Source: a virus
Lineage: Duplodnaviria; Caudoviricetes
IMG/VR virus record: IMGVR_UViG_3300037188_000089
Span: 1-37,657 of that record
DNA length: 37,657 nucleotides
Strand: one strand, 5' to 3'
The number at the start of each line of letters is the position of its first letter. Within the stretch, counting starts at the first letter, position 1. The notes under the pieces are model-generated. The model was not told where the DNA came from. It saw only the letters and a program-made list of their open reading frames with translations, and ran no database searches. Positions 34,333-37,657 of the stretch are shown here, piece after piece. A program made the position numbers and the translations under genes.

Positions 34333-35247
34333 ATGAACTTCTCTACCAATAGCAGGGTACGGCTTTTCGTACTCGCCTCTTTCGTCGCCGGCGCCGCGTG
34401 CGCCGATACCTATACCGTGGGCGCCGCTTCGTGTAGCAACACCCAGAGCGGCAAGTCACTGGCGATCTGTCAGGCGACGGGCGCATCGATTGCACTCAAC
34501 CAAAACACCGCGACCGCTACGTCGCAAAGTCTTTCGCTTGTCTGGTCCGCGAGCGGCGTCGCTGTGAACTTCGGTTACCGGATCTCCGTCGCTTCGCTTT
34601 CGCCCGGCACGTATAATGTGTCGACGCCGGCGGGCGCGTTTCTAGTCTCCACTGTGAACGGGTTTTTGAACTACTCGTACTCGTTCACAACTGCCAGCAG
34701 CGGCTCAGGCGTGATTGCCATAACACCAGCAGGCAAGATTGCCAGCGCCACGGCCGCGGCCACGTTCACGGGCAGCGACGCCAGCACCGAGGGAAGCTGG
34801 AACGGCAAGTACGGAGGCGCGGGCTACTTAATCGCGGGCGATGCCATGCAGCTTCCGGTGTACGCCAACGTCTCGATGAGCGGGGCGACGCTTCTCACAT
34901 GGGCAAACCCGACAACTGACATGCGCGGGCTCGAAGATTTTAACGCTACTACCACGCAACGGACCGCCGCGGCTTGGTCAAACACCGGCAGCTTTTCGAT
35001 TGCGTTGAATTTGACGGACGGGAACGCTCACAGCGTGAGCCTCTATCTGTTGGATTGGACGGGCGGACGCAATCAAGGCGTACGCATTACCGACGCCGCG
35101 AGCGGCGCAACGCTCGATCAGGAGTATCTGAACAGCTTTACGTTCGGACACTACTGGACGTGGACGCTGCAAGGTAACGTCATTCTGACGGTCGTGAACA
35201 ACGGCGGCAGCAACGCCGTGGCGTCCGGCCTTTTCCTTAATAATTAA
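34333..35247 (+). CDS. Secreted beta-sandwich protein (host-like extracellular domain)
   Basis: AAGGAG RBS; Sec leader ending ACA-D; DASTEGSWNGKYG..GY, LNLTDGNAHSVSLYLLDW, NAVASGLFL domain recalled from Acidobacteria/Planctomycetes secreted proteins. Confidence 0.75.
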   Translation: MNFSTNSRVRLFVLASFVAGAACADTYTVGAASCSNTQSGKSLAICQATGASIALNQNTATATSQSLSLVWSASGVAVNFGYRISVASLSPGTYNVSTPAGAFLVSTVNGFLNYSYSFTTASSGSGVIAITPAGKIASATAAATFTGSDASTEGSWNGKYGGAGYLIAGDAMQLPVYANVSMSGATLLTWANPTTDMRGLEDFNATTTQRTAAAWSNTGSFSIALNLTDGNAHSVSLYLLDWTGGRNQGVRITDAASGATLDQEYLNSFTFGHYWTWTLQGNVILTVVNNGGSNAVASGLFLNN

Positions 35248-35253
35248 ACCAAT

Positions 35254-35290
35254 AGAAAAAGGCCAGCTCCGAACGAGCTGGCCTTTTCTT
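35254..35290. terminator. Bidirectional intrinsic terminator
   Basis: AAAAAGGCCAGCTC-CGAAC-GAGCTGGCCTTTT between convergent genes. Confidence 0.9.
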
Positions 35291-35298
35291 CGTTTGCA

Positions 35299-35808
35299 CT
35301 AGCCCTCGAACTCCTCTAAACTCTTCCGCTGAATCTTCCACCCGCCGCTCTTGCGCGCCGTAAGCTTCCCTTGCTTGCACAACAGCAACAAATCTGTACG
35401 CGCCAGGCCGGAGTATTCGGCCGCCTCATCGAGCGATAGCCACAACTTCACGCCAATCGCGACACTCGCCGTTTGCGCCGTCATCATCGTCGCGATTCGT
35501 TCGAGCGCGCCTTCCCACGTCTTCGGCGCCGGCCGGCGGATCGTGATTTGTTTCGACGCAGGTCCCCCCGCCATCACCTGCACGTCGGACGGCATTAGCC
35601 GCGCGATGTCCGCGGGGCGACACACGTTCTCGGGCTTCTTCCCGGCCCGCGGGCGTTTCTTGGTTTGAATCGCGCCCTCTTTTTTGTACCGCCAAAGGGT
35701 GCGTACGGAAGTCTGGAGTTGCTCGGCCGCCTGCTCGATGGTCGGCCACGTTTCGATGCCGGGCGCGCTGCTGGGTTTAGCAAGTGCTGATCCTGACGAT
35801 GCTGACAT
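35299..35808 (-). CDS. Double excisionase-type HTH DNA-binding protein
   Basis: WPTIEQAAEQLQTSVRTLWRYKKEG and WLSLDEAAEYSGL..LCKQGKL..GGWKIQRKSLE; likely start MSASSG 35808. Confidence 0.8.
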   Translation of the reverse strand: MSASSGSALAKPSSAPGIETWPTIEQAAEQLQTSVRTLWRYKKEGAIQTKKRPRAGKKPENVCRPADIARLMPSDVQVMAGGPASKQITIRRPAPKTWEGALERIATMMTAQTASVAIGVKLWLSLDEAAEYSGLARTDLLLLCKQGKLTARKSGGWKIQRKSLEEFEG

Positions 35809-35834
35809 CCCAATAGTGTGCAGGATTGTCAGTA

Positions 35835-36344
35835 TCAAGCGCAAGCGGCCGAAGTACTGCTATTCCCGCCATGTGGGACTATCAACTCGCCTTCGGCAAA
35901 CGATCCTAGCGCGTTTCTGCTGGTAGGACTTTCCGCCGCAAACATCTCAAAGAGCGTTTCCTGGGTAAAGCCCGCCTTTTCCAAATCTACAAACGCGAGG
36001 CGACGCTGCTCCGTCATGTTGGGCTGGACCTCACGCCACAACTGCAGCAGTAGGGCAGGGAATCCATACGACGGGCGCCGCGTCGCATGGACGCGCGAAT
36101 GACACCCCCGGCACAGCGTAATCAGCCACCGCAACACGTTCACGCCCGTACGCCGATGATGCACGAGAACGTCATCCAGTGACGCGCAGCTCCGACACCG
36201 GTAGCCATCGCGCTTGAGCGCTGCTTCCCGCAGGCCGTCGAAGTCTTCCACGCTCAGACGCCGGCGGCGATCGCACGTCGCGCATCGGCCGTGCCGATTT
36301 ACGATCAGCGAGCCGCACGAACACCAGAGCGTTTCTTGCTTCAC
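35835..36344 (-). CDS. HNH endonuclease
   Basis: LKRDGYRCRSC..VHH..LITLCRGCHSRVH plus N-terminal CxC/CxxC. Confidence 0.88.
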   Translation of the reverse strand: MKQETLWCSCGSLIVNRHGRCATCDRRRRLSVEDFDGLREAALKRDGYRCRSCASLDDVLVHHRRTGVNVLRWLITLCRGCHSRVHATRRPSYGFPALLLQLWREVQPNMTEQRRLAFVDLEKAGFTQETLFEMFAAESPTSRNALGSFAEGELIVPHGGNSSTSAACA

Positions 36345-36565
36345 CGGGCACTCATCCCTTCATCGATCAACCGCTGCAGGCGCGCGCGCGTTTTCGGATA
36401 CCGCGCGACGACGAGCTTCGCCGCATACCACGCGGAATAACCCTGCTGCCGCAAAAACATTCCGTAAAACGCGGCGTGTAAGTCGCTGCGGTCCTCGCGT
36501 TCGGCGTCGCGATCGCGCCGGGCGCGCTCTTCGATCTCCCGCATCATCGTAAGGTGCGTTTTCAT
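36341..36565 (-). CDS. Hypothetical protein
   Basis: Start MKTHLT via ATGA overlap; GAGG RBS. Confidence 0.6.
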   Translation of the reverse strand: MKTHLTMMREIEERARRDRDAEREDRSDLHAAFYGMFLRQQGYSAWYAAKLVVARYPKTRARLQRLIDEGMSAR

Positions 36566-36936
36566 GACGACCTCACCAGGAACAGCGGAGTCCGCGGGGG
36601 ATCGCAACGATGCGCCGCGACGTCTTCCAACGTCGGCCCCAGCTTGGCGCCGCAAACGCCGCACACTGGCGGCGCCACGGCACCCAGATCCGCCAGGTGG
36701 GCGTGGGCGACGAAACCCGTGGCGCGCAGGAACTCCGTAATCTTCTCGATAATTTCGTTCGCCAGCTCCGAGGCGCTGCCGATGTTCTCCGGATGCCGCC
36801 GGGCTAATTGCAACTGGGCCACCAACTGCACCGCGGCGGTCGGATCTAATACCAGCGGTATCCTGATCGCGCCCAGGCGGTGAAGTTCCTCTGCCATTAA
36901 GCCTGCCAATACTTCCGGACTCACAGGGCGAGTCAT
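36562..36936 (-). CDS. Hypothetical phage protein with C-terminal CxxC..H.C
   Basis: Start MTRPVS via ATGA overlap; LVAQLQLARRHP motif. Confidence 0.65.
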   Translation of the reverse strand: MTRPVSPEVLAGLMAEELHRLGAIRIPLVLDPTAAVQLVAQLQLARRHPENIGSASELANEIIEKITEFLRATGFVAHAHLADLGAVAPPVCGVCGAKLGPTLEDVAAHRCDPPRTPLFLVRSS

Positions 36937-37241
36937 ACGCATTCCCCTTCGGCCGCTGGTCCGCGCGCCGCCGCCAACTCCTCGGCGTGCCGGACCACGC
37001 AATACGCCTTGAATTCCGTCACGTTCGGTTTGCTCTGCGAGTGGATCCAGCTCACCGCCTGCTCGGTCGGCATTCGCCAATGCCGCGCGATCGCGTCGAA
37101 TGTTTCCGCCAGCTCGCGCAGTTCGGCGTCCGTGACGTAGCGGCCACCGTTGCTCTGCAATAACGAGATCTCGATACGCAGGGCGCGCTCGATCCAATCG
37201 ACAGCGGAGCGTTGCGGTTGTTGCGGTTGGGCGTTCGTCAT
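36933..37241 (-). CDS. Hypothetical protein
   Basis: ATGA-coupled at both ends; GGAGG RBS. Confidence 0.6.
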   Translation of the reverse strand: MTNAQPQQPQRSAVDWIERALRIEISLLQSNGGRYVTDAELRELAETFDAIARHWRMPTEQAVSWIHSQSKPNVTEFKAYCVVRHAEELAAARGPAAEGECV

Positions 37242-37657
37242 GCGCCGCCTCCCGCCTTCATGCTCTTCGCCGCAGCCGCTGCGCGCACCTGCTCCCGCAG
37301 TCCGCTGGGCAAGCGTTTATCCACTTCGCCCCTGACCGCGTTGACGAGATACCCCCAGCCGTCCGCCGCGCGCTTCCCGCTTTTGATCTCGCGGGCGCGT
37401 TCTTCGAGCACGTCCAGCACTTCGCGAATCGCGCCCGCTGTATTCAGCCGCAGGAGATGATTCGCGAGCGTCGTGATTGTGCCCGCATCGACGCGGATCG
37501 CGCCCATCGTCGTCAGGCGCGCGGCTTGTAGCCGCGCGGTGATTTCGTGCTTGATCTCCGTCCTCGCGGCTTCGGTTTTCAGCTCAGCCTCGCGCGTTTC
37601 CGGCCTCGTGCCTTGGCTTCCTTTTGAGAGAGCTAGCTGAACCTCTGAACTCTGAAC
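37238..37657 (-). CDS. 5'-truncated ORF, probably the C-terminus of a phage replication initiator
   Basis: Frame open to the window edge (VQSSEVQLALSKG...); WGYLVNAV helix; short CTGAAC repeats at 37637-37657. Confidence 0.45.
   Translation of the reverse strand, partial: VQSSEVQLALSKGSQGTRPETREAELKTEAARTEIKHEITARLQAARLTTMGAIRVDAGTITTLANHLLRLNTAGAIREVLDVLEERAREIKSGKRAADGWGYLVNAVRGEVDKRLPSGLREQVRAAAAAKSMKAGGGA

Overview
GC-rich (roughly 63-65% by eye) fragment of a tailed phage or prophage with a short-tail, P22/N4-like architecture. The host is probably Acidobacteriota (Bryobacterales-like); this is an inference from recalled protein families. Minus strand, right to left: end of a replication/early cluster (partial initiator-like ORF, HNH nuclease, double-HTH regulator), TerS-like gene, FliA-like sigma factor, TerL, Zn-finger/HTH regulator, portal, a 3.7-kb accessory island (HEXXH peptidase, Acb2 anti-CBASS sponge, KTSC protein), scaffold, decoration protein, major capsid protein (MCP), a second diverged capsid-like protein, collagen/SGNH and LamG proteins with signal peptides, three adaptor paralogs, tail nozzle, N4 gp65-like protein, GNAT protein and an ejection-like protein. 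Plus strand: a serine recombinase with a palindromic site, a divergent promoter switch, an early operon (Gp157-like), and two secreted-protein cassettes. The most novel signal is a set of three dispersed mini-genes with twin-arginine (Tat-like) leaders. One is a permuted mosaic of three MCP segments placed antisense in the tail operon, and a second carries an MCP C-terminal motif, suggesting a capsid-decoy or capsid-interference system. A 14-bp motif (TCCGACTWACCGGA) occurs five times upstream of gene starts and is a candidate promoter for the phage sigma factor. No CRISPR array, tRNA, lysis cassette or tyrosine integrase was seen. All family assignments come from motif recognition, not database searches.
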